From Octopus vulgaris (lineage: Eukaryota), in assembly GCA_951406725.2 (NCBI GenBank), contig OX597824.1, positions 74,524,001 through 74,588,000 of the forward strand: a stretch of DNA of 64,000 nucleotides. Direction: 5' to 3'. Positions within the stretch are counted from its first letter, which is position 1, and every line of letters begins with the position of its first letter. The position numbers and the translations under genes were made by a program. The notes below the pieces were generated by a model, which saw only the letters and a list, made by a program, of their open reading frames with translations, ran no database searches and had not been told where the DNA came from. Positions 1 to 11,360 of the stretch are shown one piece after another.

Positions 1-388
1 TCTTCTGGAACTTTGTCTTCCAGACAGACAAGGAGTAGTAACCTTTAGAAGGGACAAACAAAAGTGCCTAATAATCGACGTGGCAGTGCCAGGAGATCAA
101 CATATTATCAGGTAAGAAAAAGAAAAGGTTGGTAAATATGGAAACCTGAGAATTGAGCTCACCAAGATGTGGCAATTGCGAGAGTCAAACATAAATATTG
201 TTACTGTTATTATCGGAACACTAAGTTCAATACCGCCCGACCAGAAGACACATCTATTGCAAAACTCAACTTTACTTGGAACGGCACGCATATTGCACAA
301 AGCACTGTCTGTCTGAGGTCCTTGGTGTAACTTGACAGACTGTGCAAATCTCCAGTAGACACAATGTCTTCAATCTGCAACATTACGG
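1..388 (+). mobile_element. 3' end of an R4/Dong-clade non-LTR retrotransposon (restriction-like endonuclease region), degraded
   Basis: Plus strand reads ...KQKCLIIDVAVPGDQHIIR*EKEKVGKYGNLRIELTKMWQ...IVTVIIGTLSSIP...LLGTARILHKALSV* (stop 314-316), then a short 3' UTR and a (TAA)n tail. Confidence 0.8.
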
Positions 389-408
389 ATAATAATAATA
401 ATAATAAC

Positions 409-455
<47 letters not shown>

Positions 456-471
456 TAATTATTATTATTAT
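389..471. repeat. (TAA)n/(TTA)n microsatellite
   Basis: Direct. Confidence 0.95.
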
Positions 472-981
472 AAATGTCCTGATGCAGTACAAGGCAGTGG
501 CTCTCATGGCTTCTGATTGGAAGTGTTATCGTGTATTGGAACAGTAAATATTCTGCCCAATATCACAGATTTGCTTGTCAGCTGCTTGACCTTAACCAGT
601 TGAGTATGTTTTATAGTGTGCATCTCTGATCACAAGCAGAAGTAGTGAGGGAGCATCATAGCCATGTGCTGAGAGGAATTCTTTGGGGTTTGAATAATTC
701 ACCTCTGGAAACATGGGTGTTTCGATCAACGTCCTTAAACAATCCTTATTCAGGGACCTTTTGAGCAGGATGGGTTACTCGACCTGAAGAAAATTCTAAC
801 TGGGCCCCACCTTCAAGGTCATGTGCTGTTTATTTTGATATGAGATTACCATGTCGCGCACATATGGTTGTGATGCATGTGCCTAGTGTACCCTTATCAG
901 ACGGGTAGTCATGATGGGTATACTGGGCTTCATATATTTTACCCCAGTGTCACTTTGATGGCATGCACTGCTCTCTCACTC

Positions 982-982
<1 letters not shown>
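472..982 (+). mobile_element. Non-coding interspersed repeat between (TAA)n tracts, with an (AAT)n tail; unclassified retroposon
   Basis: Its 3' ~205 bp recur at 61376-61581 with the same ...CTCTCTCACTC(AAT)n end; no ORF. Confidence 0.7.
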
Positions 983-1029
<47 letters not shown>

Positions 1030-1174
1030 TATAATAATCCTCTCAACTAAAGGCACAAGGCCTGAAAAAAAACACGGTGGGCGCGATCCTCATAATGAAC
1101 TCGGCCAAATACCGGATTCGTCCCGTAAGCGATAACAGCTGTTCAACATATCTCCACAAGTCAGCCATACTTGG

Positions 1175-2065
1175 TTAGTTTAGTCTGGCCGTCATCCCGG
1201 ACGCCTCAATGACTCCACGCAAGCACACCATCCATCACGGTCCCCCATGCATGTTCTTAATCCATCAACATTTGCCATTCTACTGCCCTGGAGCAAGTTG
1301 TCCACATAGGTTAGACGTTTTCTTTCCCCTGTTGATTCTTCCTTCAACCGACTGCCATCAGACCAGTTGACACACACGTTCTTCTGGATGCCAGATGCAA
1401 TGATCAGTAATTCTCATTCTTCTCTGCTGAATCGTCTCAATCGCTTTGGATAGATCTCGCTAAAACTGCTCGTTGGTTAAATGACTTCTCCACGTAACAT
1501 TCAGAGCCATTCTTAACATTCAAGGTGGCGAGCTGGCAGAAACGTTAGCACGCCTGGCGAAATGTGTAGCCGTATTTCGTCTGCCGTTACGTTCTGAGTT
1601 CAAATTCCGCCGAGGTCAACTTTGCCTTTCATCCTTTCGGGGTCGATAAATAAAGTATCAGTTACACACTGGGATCGATGTAATCGACTTAATGCGTTTG
1701 TCTGTCCTCTCTGTGTTTAGCCCCTCGTGGGTAGTAAAGAAATAGGTATTTCGTCTGTCGTTATGTTCTGAGTTCAAATTCCGCCGAGGTCGACTTTGCC
1801 TTTCATCCTTTCATGGTCGATAAATCGCACTGGGGTCGATGTAATCGACTTAATCGACTTTGTTCCCTCTGTGTTTAGCCCCTTGTGGGCAGTAAAGAAA
1901 TATATTCTTAACATTCTTGGGTAGCAGCCGCCAATTTGTTTTTCAAAGCTTTTTCGTGAGAGTTAAGTTTCAGTACTGCACAATAAAACTGACTCTACTG
2001 GGGAGACAAATAACGTAAATTTCAATTTATGTGCTATCTTAGAACTTCAGACTAGTGTGTGTCGT
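1175..2065 (-). mobile_element. RTE-type LINE 3' fragment, split by a SINE-A insertion
   Basis: Minus strand gives EKQIGGCYPRMLR / MALNVTWRSHLTNE...IQQRRMRITDHC...RKRLTYVDNLL...MGDRDGW; continuous across the SINE once the TSD is removed. Confidence 0.7.
1522..1903 (+). mobile_element. tRNA-derived SINE family A, dimer
   Basis: Head GGTGGCGAGCTGGCAGAAACGTTAGCAC, B-box GAGTTCAAATTCC, tail AAAGAAATA; 13-bp TSD ATTCTTAACATTC at 1509-1521 and 1904-1916. Confidence 0.9.
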
Positions 2066-2399
2066 ACGATTTCGTCAATTTGTGTGTCTATAGAGTTTAT
2101 ATCGAACTGATAATGCCCCTTGTTATCATTACTAGGTCAGGAATTTCTGGAGGTTACCTATAATAGTTCCCGTCTTGAAAGTCATCTGAAACAGACCAGC
2201 CACTTCGTCCTCGTTGGCGCTTATAGCCTCCTCGAGAACATCATTGCATTTATCCATCACTTGATTTTTATATATTGCTAATGTAGAATTTCCACCGAGC
2301 ACGTTGTCTAACCGGTGGAGGGCGGTGAGAGCCAAACGACATTCCAGGTGCCAAGAATATCATCAGTCACTCACCGCTCTCGTCCATAAATGGTTTTTT

Positions 2400-2605
2400 A
2401 TTTAGGCAAAGGTCAGCAATTTTTAGGCAAGTCGATACAAACGACTCCTTTATCTGATTGATACTTACCTTCATCTACTTCCGAAAGGATGAAAGGCAAA
2501 GTTGGCAGCGGTAGGATTTGAACCTAGAATGTAAAGCGGTGGAAGAGATATTACAATGCGTTGTTTTTTCTCTGGAGCTCTAACTATTCTGCCAATCTAG
2601 CGCCA
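2400..2605 (-). mobile_element. Old diverged SINE-A relative
   Basis: Contains CCGAAAGGATGAAAGGCAAAG core and GGATTTGAACC B-box complement. Confidence 0.6.
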
Positions 2606-2759
2606 AAGGCCATGCGTTTTGAGGGAGGTGTATTCATGTATATAGTTCCCAGTACATAACTGGTATTAAGTTATGAAAAAAAATAATAACACATGATATA
2701 ATGATTACATTGCATCATATGTATGATGTAATGAATAAAGGCTTTTATGTAATGTGCAC

Positions 2760-2900
2760 CGTGTGTGCGTGTATGCATATATATGTATACATGCATGTAT
2801 GTATGCATGTATATTATATATATGTGTATGTATATATATGTGTATGTATATATGTGTGTGTGTATATATATGTGTATATATATGTGTGTGTCTGTGTATA

Positions 2901-2943
<43 letters not shown>

Positions 2944-3040
2944 ATAAATATACACACACACACACACATATATATAAGCGCATGCGCCTTCACTCACACA
3001 CACACACACACACACACATGCACACATACACACACACATT
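2760..3040. repeat. Compound (TG)/(TA)/(CA) microsatellite
   Basis: Direct. Confidence 0.95.
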
Positions 3041-3329
3041 ACACTAGAACAACTGCTGTGCTTATAAAGTGTAAGTCTTTGGAAACGATTAAGCCACATT
3101 TCCTGATTATAACAGCTGTTTATTTTTTGTTGCATTCCAGACGATCCTATATGATCTACAAAGAGAGAGAGAGAGAGGGGGGAGAGAGAGGGAGAGAGAG
3201 AGAGATAGTTATACCGAAATAATGCAAAAAAAAAAAAAAAGAACATTTTTTTACTAACTGACACACATCGCTCTCATTACATATGTTAATAGAGGGATTC
3301 TTCTTCGACAGGAAGTCTTCTTGCTCTTC

Positions 3330-4575
3330 TTCATATCACGGAAATGATGTGTTCCAATCAGTTCTTGATGAAAGAGGGGCGCAAGCTGTTCGACATCTAC
3401 AGAGGGCTACAGTTTGTTTATGGATATGACGCCACTGGCCAGAGATTTTCTTTTCTTTTTCTTTTCTTTCTTTTACTTCTTTCAGTCATTTGACAGCGGC
3501 CATGCTGGGGCATCCATCGCCTTTAGTCAAGAAAATCGACCCCAGGACTTATTCTTTGCTTTGGAAGCCTAGTACTTATTCTATCGGTTCCTTTTGCCGA
3601 ACTGCTAAGTTACGGGGACGTAAACACACCAGCATCGGTTGTCAAGCGATGCTAGGGGACAAGCACAGACACACAAACATATATACACGCATACATATAT
3701 GTCTATATACATATATACGACAGGCTTCTTTCAGTTTCCGTCTACCAAATCCACTCACAAATCTTTGGTCGGCTATAGTAGAAGACACTTGCCCAAGGTG
3801 CCACGCAGTGGGAATGAACCTGGAACCATGTGGCTGGTAAGCAAGCTACTTACCACACATCCACTCCAGTGCAAAAATAGATGGAGAAGTTTAAACATAT
3901 GTAAACTAGTTTCGAAGGCAAACCACACAGTGAGAATCCACAAACTGCGATCACTGACATGAATCGCCCCAGCGAGTGGACAAATTGATTCGCACCAACA
4001 GACAACCAGCATCACTCCATAAACCTGCTACACAACTGGACTGTGGTCACAAAGATTTACAGAAGATAGTGGAAGACTTTGAGTGTGAGTGTGTGTGTTG
4101 AGTGAGTACTTCTGTAGTTGACACCTGATTTGAAGTAGAGTCTGCTATTATCTGCTTGAAGCGTTTGAATCCAATGAAGACACGCTTTTGTTTTTTGGTT
4201 GAGTGACAAGGGGCGAAATGTAGGTGTATCTCCATGATCAAGAAACGAAAGCACAGCCCACGGAATGGTGTCATGCCCCTATCTCCAACTCTTAAAAACA
4301 TTCAAGAACCAGCAATCGATATAGAAAGCAACTGTGATTTTTTGTGACAAAGGCGTCATCCTCCTTGATTTTCTGTGCCGTTTCATATTCACCGTGACAA
4401 TACGTGACATCACACATTCTAGGAAAAAATCCATGCAATCAGCAAAACTGACAAGTCAGTGGCCCTCATCCACTGTACAACTTGGATCTGGCACCCTTCA
4501 ACGACTTTCACTTGTTCAATTCAATGATGGACAGTCTTTTGGGGATAACAATTTAACGAAAAGAGCGAGGTGGAT
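3330..4575 (+). mobile_element. Degraded mariner transposase, interrupted by SINE-B
   Basis: FLMKEGRKLFDIYRGLQFVYG (N-terminal HTH), RVDKLIRTNR, IFCDKGVILLDFL and DLAP-DFHLF motifs; frameshifted. Confidence 0.7.
3445..3867 (-). mobile_element. tRNA-derived SINE family B with internal microsatellite
   Basis: Reverse complement of head GGAGTGGxTGTGTGGTAAGTAGCTTGC, core ACCTTGGGCAAGTG, tail GACTGAAA...AAAAGA. Confidence 0.9.
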
Positions 4576-4599
4576 GTGATTGTGAAGAAGTGGATACAA

Positions 4600-4692
4600 T
4601 ACAAAGGGGTACTGAAAAGTACCAGATTTTTGAGATTGCCGTGAAAGCTGCAATATTTTAAGTAAAACTTTCTTGTTCTGTACTTCACCAGA
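4600..4692 (-). mobile_element. Possible mariner 3' terminus with TIR-like end
   Basis: TA-CAAAGGGGTACTGAAAAGT resembles mariner TIRs (TACGAGGGG...AAAAGT); merges into the 29-bp array. Confidence 0.4.
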
Positions 4693-6111
4693 TGTAATAA
4701 CTTGTCCTGAACTTTTCCAAGTGTAATAACTTGTCCTATACTTTTCCAAGTATAATAACTTGTCCTGAACTTTTTCAAGTGTAATAACTTGTCCTGAACT
4801 TTTCCACGTGTAATAACTTGTCCTATACGTTTCCACGTGTAATAACTTGTCCTGAACTTTTCCAAGTCTAATAACTTGTCCTGAACTTTTCCAAGTCTAA
4901 TAACTTGTCCTATACTTTTCCAAGTGTAATAACTTGTCCTGAACTTTTCCAAGTGTAATAACTTGTCCTGAACTTTTCCAAGTGTAATAACTTGTCCTAT
5001 ACTTTTCCAAGTGTAATAACTTGTCCTATACTTTTCCAAGTGTAATAACTTGTCCTGAACTTTTCCAAGTGTAATAACTTGTCCTGAACTTTTCCAAGTG
5101 TAATAACTTGTCCTGAACTTTTCCAAGTGTAATAACTTGTCCTGAACTTTTCCAAGTGTAATAACTTGTCCTGAACTTTTCCAAGTGTAATAACTTGTCC
5201 TGAACTTTTCCACGTGTAATAACTTGTCCTGAACTTTTCCAAGTGTAATAACTTGTCCTGAACTTTTCCAAGTGTAATAACTTGTCCTATACTTTTCCAA
5301 GTGTAATAACTTGTCCTATACTTTTCCAAGTGTAATAACTTGTCCTATACTTTTCCAAGTGTAATAACTTGTCCTGAACTTTTCCAAGTGTAATAACTTG
5401 TCCTATACTTTTCCATGTGTAATAACTTGTCCTATACTTTTCCAAGTGTAATAACTTGTCCTGAACTTTTCCAAGTGTAATAACTTGTCCTGAACTTTTC
5501 CAAGTGTAATAACTTGTCCTATACTTTTCCAAGTGTAATAACTTGTCCTGAACTTTTCCAAGTGTAATAACTTGTCCTGAACTTTTCCAAGTGTAACAAC
5601 TTGTCCTATACTTTTCCAAGTGTAATAACTTGTCCTATACTTTTCCAAGTGTAATAACTTGTCCTATACTTTTCCAAGTGTAATAACTTGTCCTGAACTT
5701 TTCCAAGTGTAATAACTTGTCCTGAACTTTTCCATGTGTAATAACTTGTCCTGAACTTTTCCAAGTGTAATAACTTGTCCTGAACTTTTCCAAGTGTAAT
5801 AACTTGTCCTGAACTTTTCCAAGTGTAATAACTTGTCCTATACTTTTCCAAGTGTAATAACTTGTCCTATACTTTTCCAAGTGTAATAACTTGTCCTGAA
5901 CTTTTCCAAGTGTAATAACTTGTCCTGAACTTTTCCAAGTGTAACAACTTGTCCTGAACTTTTCCAAGTGTAATAACTTGTCCTGAACTTTTCCAAGTGT
6001 AACAACTTGTCCTGAACTTTTCCAAGTGTAACAACTTGTCCTGAACTTTTCCAAGTGTAATAACTTGTCCTGAACTTTTCCAAGTGTAATAACTTGTCCT
6101 GTAATTTTCCA
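4693..6111. repeat. 29-bp minisatellite, about 49 copies
   Basis: Unit TGTAATAACTTGTCCT(GA/AT)ACTTTTCCAAG, highly homogeneous, no spacers. Confidence 0.98.
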
Positions 6112-6301
6112 GCGGCATTAACTCTTAAGTCCCGTGAGAAAAAAGTGAGGAGACATGACATCTTCGTTGCTGACGACTTTCAGAACCATTACAGGTGTTG
6201 GGAACTTTGTATGCATGACCGTTGGAACCTCATTCAGGTCCCTGCATAACCATCTGTCATTCTCTCTGTTTATCTTTTGATCCGGGTCGAAGATGTTCTC
6301 A
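6110..6301 (-). repeat. Local duplicate of 7696-7890 (maT transposase fragment)
   Basis: About 190 bp near-identical, with a 3-bp deletion and a few substitutions. Confidence 0.9.
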
Positions 6302-6547
6302 TCTTAAGAATATTGTTTCTCTTGCTCGCATTCTTCCATGTAATATATCACGTGATCGTTTAGTATTATATGGGTTAACCAGTGAAAATGCATATGGTGT
6401 GGGTTTGTTAGTGCATCTAAAATTACCCAAAACTAAATAAGCAATAACAACTTCTATTTTTGTTTATCCACTAATAAAAATGTAAAAGGAGTTGCCAGGC
6501 CATTGAGAGGTCATTTTTTTTAAAGTGTTGTTTAGTAAATTATGATT

Positions 6548-6624
6548 TTCTTTTATTTGTTTCAGTCATTAAACTGCGGTCATGCTGGGGCACCGCCTTG
6601 AAGAATTTTAGCTGAACAGATGTC

Positions 6625-6698
<74 letters not shown>

Positions 6699-7266
6699 TT
6701 GTTGTTGTTGTTGTTGTTGTCGTTGTCGTTGCTGCTGCTGCTGTTGTTGTTGTTGTTGTTGTTGTTGTTAAAGCTTGGTACTTATGTTATCGGTCTCTTT
6801 TGTCGAACCACTAGGTTGCGGGGATGCAAACACACCAACACCAGTTGCCAAGCAGTGGTGGGGGACAGACACAGGAATAAACACACACACACATGCGACG
6901 GGCTTCTTTCAGTTTCTATCTACTAAATACAGTCATAAGGCTATGGTTGGCCTGAGGCTATAGCAGAAGACACTTGCCTAAGGTGCCACTTCTTATTTCT
7001 TTATTGCCCACAAGAGGCTAAACACAGAGGGAACAAACAAGGACAGACAAAGGGATTAAGCCGATTACATCGACCCCAGTGCGTAACTGGTGCTTATTTA
7101 ATTGACCCCCGAAAGGATGAAAGGCAAAGTCGACCTCGGCAGAATTTGAACTCAGAACGTAAAGACAGACAAAATACCGCCAAGCGTTTCGCCCGGCGTG
7201 CTAAGGTTTCTGCCAGTTCGCCACCTTGTGAGGTGCCACTTCTTACTATACAGTCACACTTGCGCC
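6548..7266 (-). mobile_element. Diverged SINE-B with (GTT)/(GCT) expansion and a nested SINE-A
   Basis: SINE-B motifs; SINE-A at 6996-7228 (minus) flanked by 15-bp TSD AGGTGCCACTTCTTA at 6981 and 7231. Confidence 0.8.
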
Positions 7267-7925
7267 TAGTCACGCTTGCGCTTGAAATATGTAAGTTTTT
7301 GGGTGGTGGGTGGTGGTGAGGAAAGAATGTTTAACAAATCCCAAAGAGAGTTTCCCTGAGTATACACAAAGAAACAAACAACAAACATTAAAAAAAGTCA
7401 ACATATGTAAGAAAGCCTATAGTGAAGCTCAGAGTATATTCGTAACTTTGATATGATAAATATTAAAATATATTATTTGTATATTCTACTACTGATACAT
7501 TAGTATATTTGTATATCTACAGAGTGCATCAGTTTTTTGAGGTCATTTGTATGAATTTAGAAAAAGACGCATAGCTCACGTTTGGGTTGTCCTAGCCTTA
7601 TGAAATGGCACTGTCTTGTTGGGAGATGTAAAATCTTCTGTAGTGCCCTCTGTCTATCCAGGGCCTCACAACTTTCTCTGACACCTCTATGTAGACAGCG
7701 GCATTAACTCTTAAGTCCCGTGAGAAAAAACTGAGGAGACATGACATCTCCCTCGTTGCTGACGACTTCCAGAACCATTACAGGTGTTGGGAACTTTGTA
7801 TGCATGACCGTTGGGACCTCATTCAGGTCCCTGCATAACCATCTGTCATTCTCTCTGTTTATCTTTTGATCCGGGTCGAAGATGTTCTCAGCGGAGAAAA
7901 ACCAAATCATTCCAGCCTTTTGGTG

Positions 7926-8138
7926 TTAAGTTAAGTTAAGTTAATATTTTGGCTCAAAAAGCAAAAAGCAAGGCCATGTAGGGGGACATGGAGTTATGTA
8001 CAGGGAGGGTGTTCATGCAAAGAGTTCAGGCCATTTCTGGTCAGGAGAGATTCTGAACCGAGCGGTTGTCGGCATCTTCACTATCTCGTCCGGCAGCTTA
8101 TTCCACGGATCCGCAACCCGGACGGAGAAAGCCCTCTC
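7926..8138 (-). mobile_element. CR1/L2-like LINE 3' end inserted in the maT transposase
   Basis: RAFSVRVADPWNKLPDEIVKMPTTARFRISPDQKWPELFA* followed by a (TTAAC)n tail. Confidence 0.75.
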
Positions 8139-8565
8139 CTTGTTTAGCAAGTGCTTTGCATGAATCGAACGATACTTTTTTTTTGTCACGTCCAACATAA
8201 ACTGACTCGTCTGCAATACATACGATGTGTACCGGATGACTTCTTGTATATCTCTTTTGAAGGTGCATTCTGAAACATTGAATTCCTTTGCAATGGCTCC
8301 GATTTATTTTTCCAGTGTTTTTAACAATTATTTCCTGAACTTTTTGCCCAAAGTTATGTGTTTTCACAGTATTAGGACCTTGTGCATGTGTTTGCGCTTC
8401 GCAGCTGATGCTGGATCGCCGTCAGTGGCTTCTAGCTCTTTTTGAACTTTGACAACGAAGGATCGGGCAACTTTTAGGAAGAGAGTCATCTCTGCATTAC
8501 CATGCAGCACTTTTAAGGAAATGATTACAGCATGCCTTTTCATTTACTGAGTCAGTCTGATACCT

Positions 8566-9120
8566 GAGTCTTAGTTTTAGCTCCTCCTGTTCCTAACGGA
8601 ACATTGGGCCACGAGTTGTCTCCACTGAGTGCGAACTACTGCAGCCATTTTTGCATTAGTCCAGACCGACTGCAGTTCCCGTGAGTCCTCGCAGAAAATA
8701 CTTCACCAGTTTTTGGGCGATCTTCTTCTCCCTCGTTTTTTCCCAGCTGGTGTCCATGTCAATGCAGTGTGTGACAGCCTGTGTTCCGCTAGCCATATTA
8801 TAGATCCGGTGAATCGCAATCTTCGCTTCTCGACGATATCTGATAGGTTGTCTAGCCTTGACCACCGTATGACCTCCTCATTGGGGATGTAATCCCTCCA
8901 CGATATTCCAAGTATAACATGGATGTATCCTCTATGGAAGATGTCCAATTTGCTGATGATGCTAGCTGCGCTTTTCCATGCTTCACACGCATGGATAGCA
9001 GTAGGTACTACAATCGACATGTAGAGACGAATTTTCACATTTTTGGTGATAGAATATCATTGGATCACACTGGGGAAAATCACCTGAATACACCTGAAGT
9101 TTGTCCAGTACGGGCTTGTA
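8566..9120 (-). mobile_element. RTE-type LINE 3' fragment
   Basis: KIRLYMSIVVPTAIHACEAW...ILGISWRDYIPNEEV...RRLRFTG...WTPAGKKRGR, a typical RTE ORF C-terminus. Confidence 0.85.
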
Positions 9121-9166
9121 CGTCAACTTTCGCGTCACCATTATTGCAGATGGCGCTTCTAAGGTG

Positions 9167-9310
9167 TTTGATATCTAAAAAATATTTGATGTCTGGTAAA
9201 TATTTGATATCTGTTAAATATTTGATGTCTGATAAATATTTGATATCTGTTAAATGTTTGATGTCTGATAAATATTTGATATCTGGTAAATATTTGATGT
9301 CTGATAGTAC
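9167..9310. repeat. 18-bp tandem repeat, about 8 copies
   Basis: Unit AAATATTTGATRTCTGDT. Confidence 0.9.
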
Positions 9311-9384
9311 ATATCTGGAAAGTAAGGTAAAAAAAAATTAAAGTTAGAGCTCTTGACACACCCTGTTTATCTCGTTTTATCTTA

Positions 9385-9840
9385 TGCTTGTTTTTATCAA
9401 TGGATTGCGGCCATGCTGGGTCACCTTGAAATGTTTAGTCGAGCAAAGTGAATCCAGTACTTATTTTTATAGATCATTTTTGCCAAACAACTAAGTTGCG
9501 GAGACGTAAACAAACCAACACCAATCGTCAAGTTGTGTGAATATAAATACACTGAGACACACACACGCACACACACACACATGCACGCACACACACACAC
9601 ACATGCACACACACATACACATTCACTCACACACACGCATGCACACACACACACACACACACACACACTGACAGGGGATGGGCTCCTGCACGGTTTCTTC
9701 CAACCAAATTGACTCACAAGGCAGTGGTTGACTTGCCCAGGATTATAGAAAAACACGCTTGCCCATGGTATCACAAAATGGAACCGAACCCGAGAATTCG
9801 CTGTTCAAAATGAGTTTCTTGATCACAAAGCCACAACTGC
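9385..9840 (-). mobile_element. Diverged SINE-B with (CA)n
   Basis: GCGGCCATGCTGG and ACTTGCCC motifs. Confidence 0.65.
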
Positions 9841-9942
9841 ACTTATTTGTCTGTCTGTCTATCTGTCTCTCTCTCTCTCTCTCACTCTCTCTCTCTCTCT
9901 CTCTCTCTCTGTATATATATATGTACATATATGTATGTATGG

Positions 9943-9995
<53 letters not shown>

Positions 9996-10209
9996 CGCGC
10001 GAATGTGTATCGTTTAAGGTGCGCTATACAAGTTCGTCTAATTACTGTGCTATCCGAGCATGAAACTTATGGTAGCTCACATTTTAACCTTGTGTTTATT
10101 AAGTGATATTTATCGTTCGCTGGAGTATATTTTGGTCGAACCTACCAATAGCGAATAAAACAGGGTGCTTTTTGGTTATCTCACCCCATTATATTATTAC
10201 ACAGGTATA

Positions 10210-10777
10210 TATGTATACGACGGGCTTCTTTCAACTTCCGTCTACCAAATCCACTCACATGGGTTTGCCAGCCCGAGGCTGTAGTAGATCTTAACCAAGG
10301 TGCCACGCAGTGGGACTGAACCCAGAACCATGTGATCTGGAAGCAAGCTTCTTACCACACTGTCACTCCTATAATCTGTACCTATAATCTCTTTTACTTG
10401 TTTCAGTCATTTGTCTGCGGCCATGCTGGAGTACCGCCTTTAGTCAAGCAAATCGACCCTAGGACTTATTCTTTGTAAGCCCAGTACTTATTCTATCGGT
10501 CTCTTTTGCCGAACCGCTAACTGACGGGGACGTAAACACACCAGCATCGGTTGTCAAGCAATGCTAGGGGGACAAACACAGACACACAAACATATACACA
10601 TATATACATATATACGACAGGCTTCTTTCAGTTTTCATCTACCAAATCCACTCACGAGGCATTGGTCGGCCCGGGGCTATGGCAGAAGACACTTGCCCAA
10701 GATGCCACGTAGTGGGACTGAACCCGGAACCATGTGGTTGGTTAGCAAGCTACTTACCACACAGTCACTCCTGCGCC
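10210..10777 (-). mobile_element. Two adjacent SINE-B copies (partial 10210-10372; full 10390-10777)
   Basis: High similarity to the other family B copies. Confidence 0.9.
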
Positions 10778-11009
10778 TATAGCATTTTTATAACAAATCA
10801 CACCATGCCTATTGAGGAGGCCAAATGTCAACAATGTGTTGAAGTATTGAATCAAAAGGATTTAACTCTTTTAGTCCAGACTCCTGTCGCCACATAAATT
10901 CAACATTTTAGTGGAGAGATAACCCAGTTTTTTAATGGCAATTTTTTTTTATGGGATTGAGATAAGCAAAAAGTACCCGGAACAGTACATTATATATATG
11001 TATATATAT

Positions 11010-11360
11010 ACAGGAGTGGCTGTGTGGTAAGTAGCTTGCTAACCAGCCACATGGTTTCGGGTTCAGTCCCACTGCGTGGCATCTTGGGCAAGTGTCTTCT
11101 GCTATAGCCCCGGGCCGACCAATGCCTTGTGAGTGGATTTGGTAGACGGAAACTGAAAGAAGCCTGTCGTATATATGTATGTGTGTGTATATGTTTATGT
11201 GTCTGTGTTTGTCCCCCTAGCATTGCTTGACAACCGATGCTGGTGTGTTTACGTCAACGTCAACGTTCGGCAAAAGAGACCGATAGAATAAGTACTGGGC
11301 TTACAAAGAATAAGTCCCGGAGTCGATTTGCTCGACTAAAGGCGGTAAAAGAGAAAAGAG
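11010..11360 (+). mobile_element. SINE-B, inverted relative to the 10390-10777 copy
   Basis: CAGGAGTGGCTGTGTGGTAAG head; 3' part deleted. Confidence 0.9.

Larger units (their letters stand above)
7519..9366 (-). mobile_element. DD37D/maT-type Tc1/mariner relic carrying nested insertions
   Basis: Minus strand MKRHAVIISLK...KVARSFVVKVQKEL...IRYTSYVLQTSQFM...AKHLLNK / GMIWFFS.E.IFDPDQKINRENDRWLC...TKFPTPVMVLEVVSNEGDVMSPQFF; weak end similarity CAGGGTGTGTCA vs CAGAGTGCATCA. Confidence 0.75.

Noticed and set aside
1060-1170. Possible L1/Tx1 C-terminal fragment (ADLWRYVEQLLS)
   Set aside because: Too short to classify.
2671-3264. YI/HT/CV/MYVC-rich ORFs here and throughout the window
   Set aside because: Translations of microsatellites.
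4693-6111. CRISPR array (29-bp repeats)
   Set aside because: Units are contiguous with no unique spacers, there are no cas genes, and the context is eukaryotic.
4521-6161. Long ORFs with a 29-aa repeat (EKFRTSYYTWKSSGQVITLGKVQDKLLHL)
   Set aside because: Artefact of a 29-bp unit cycling through three frames; the TAG-containing variant inserts stops at random.
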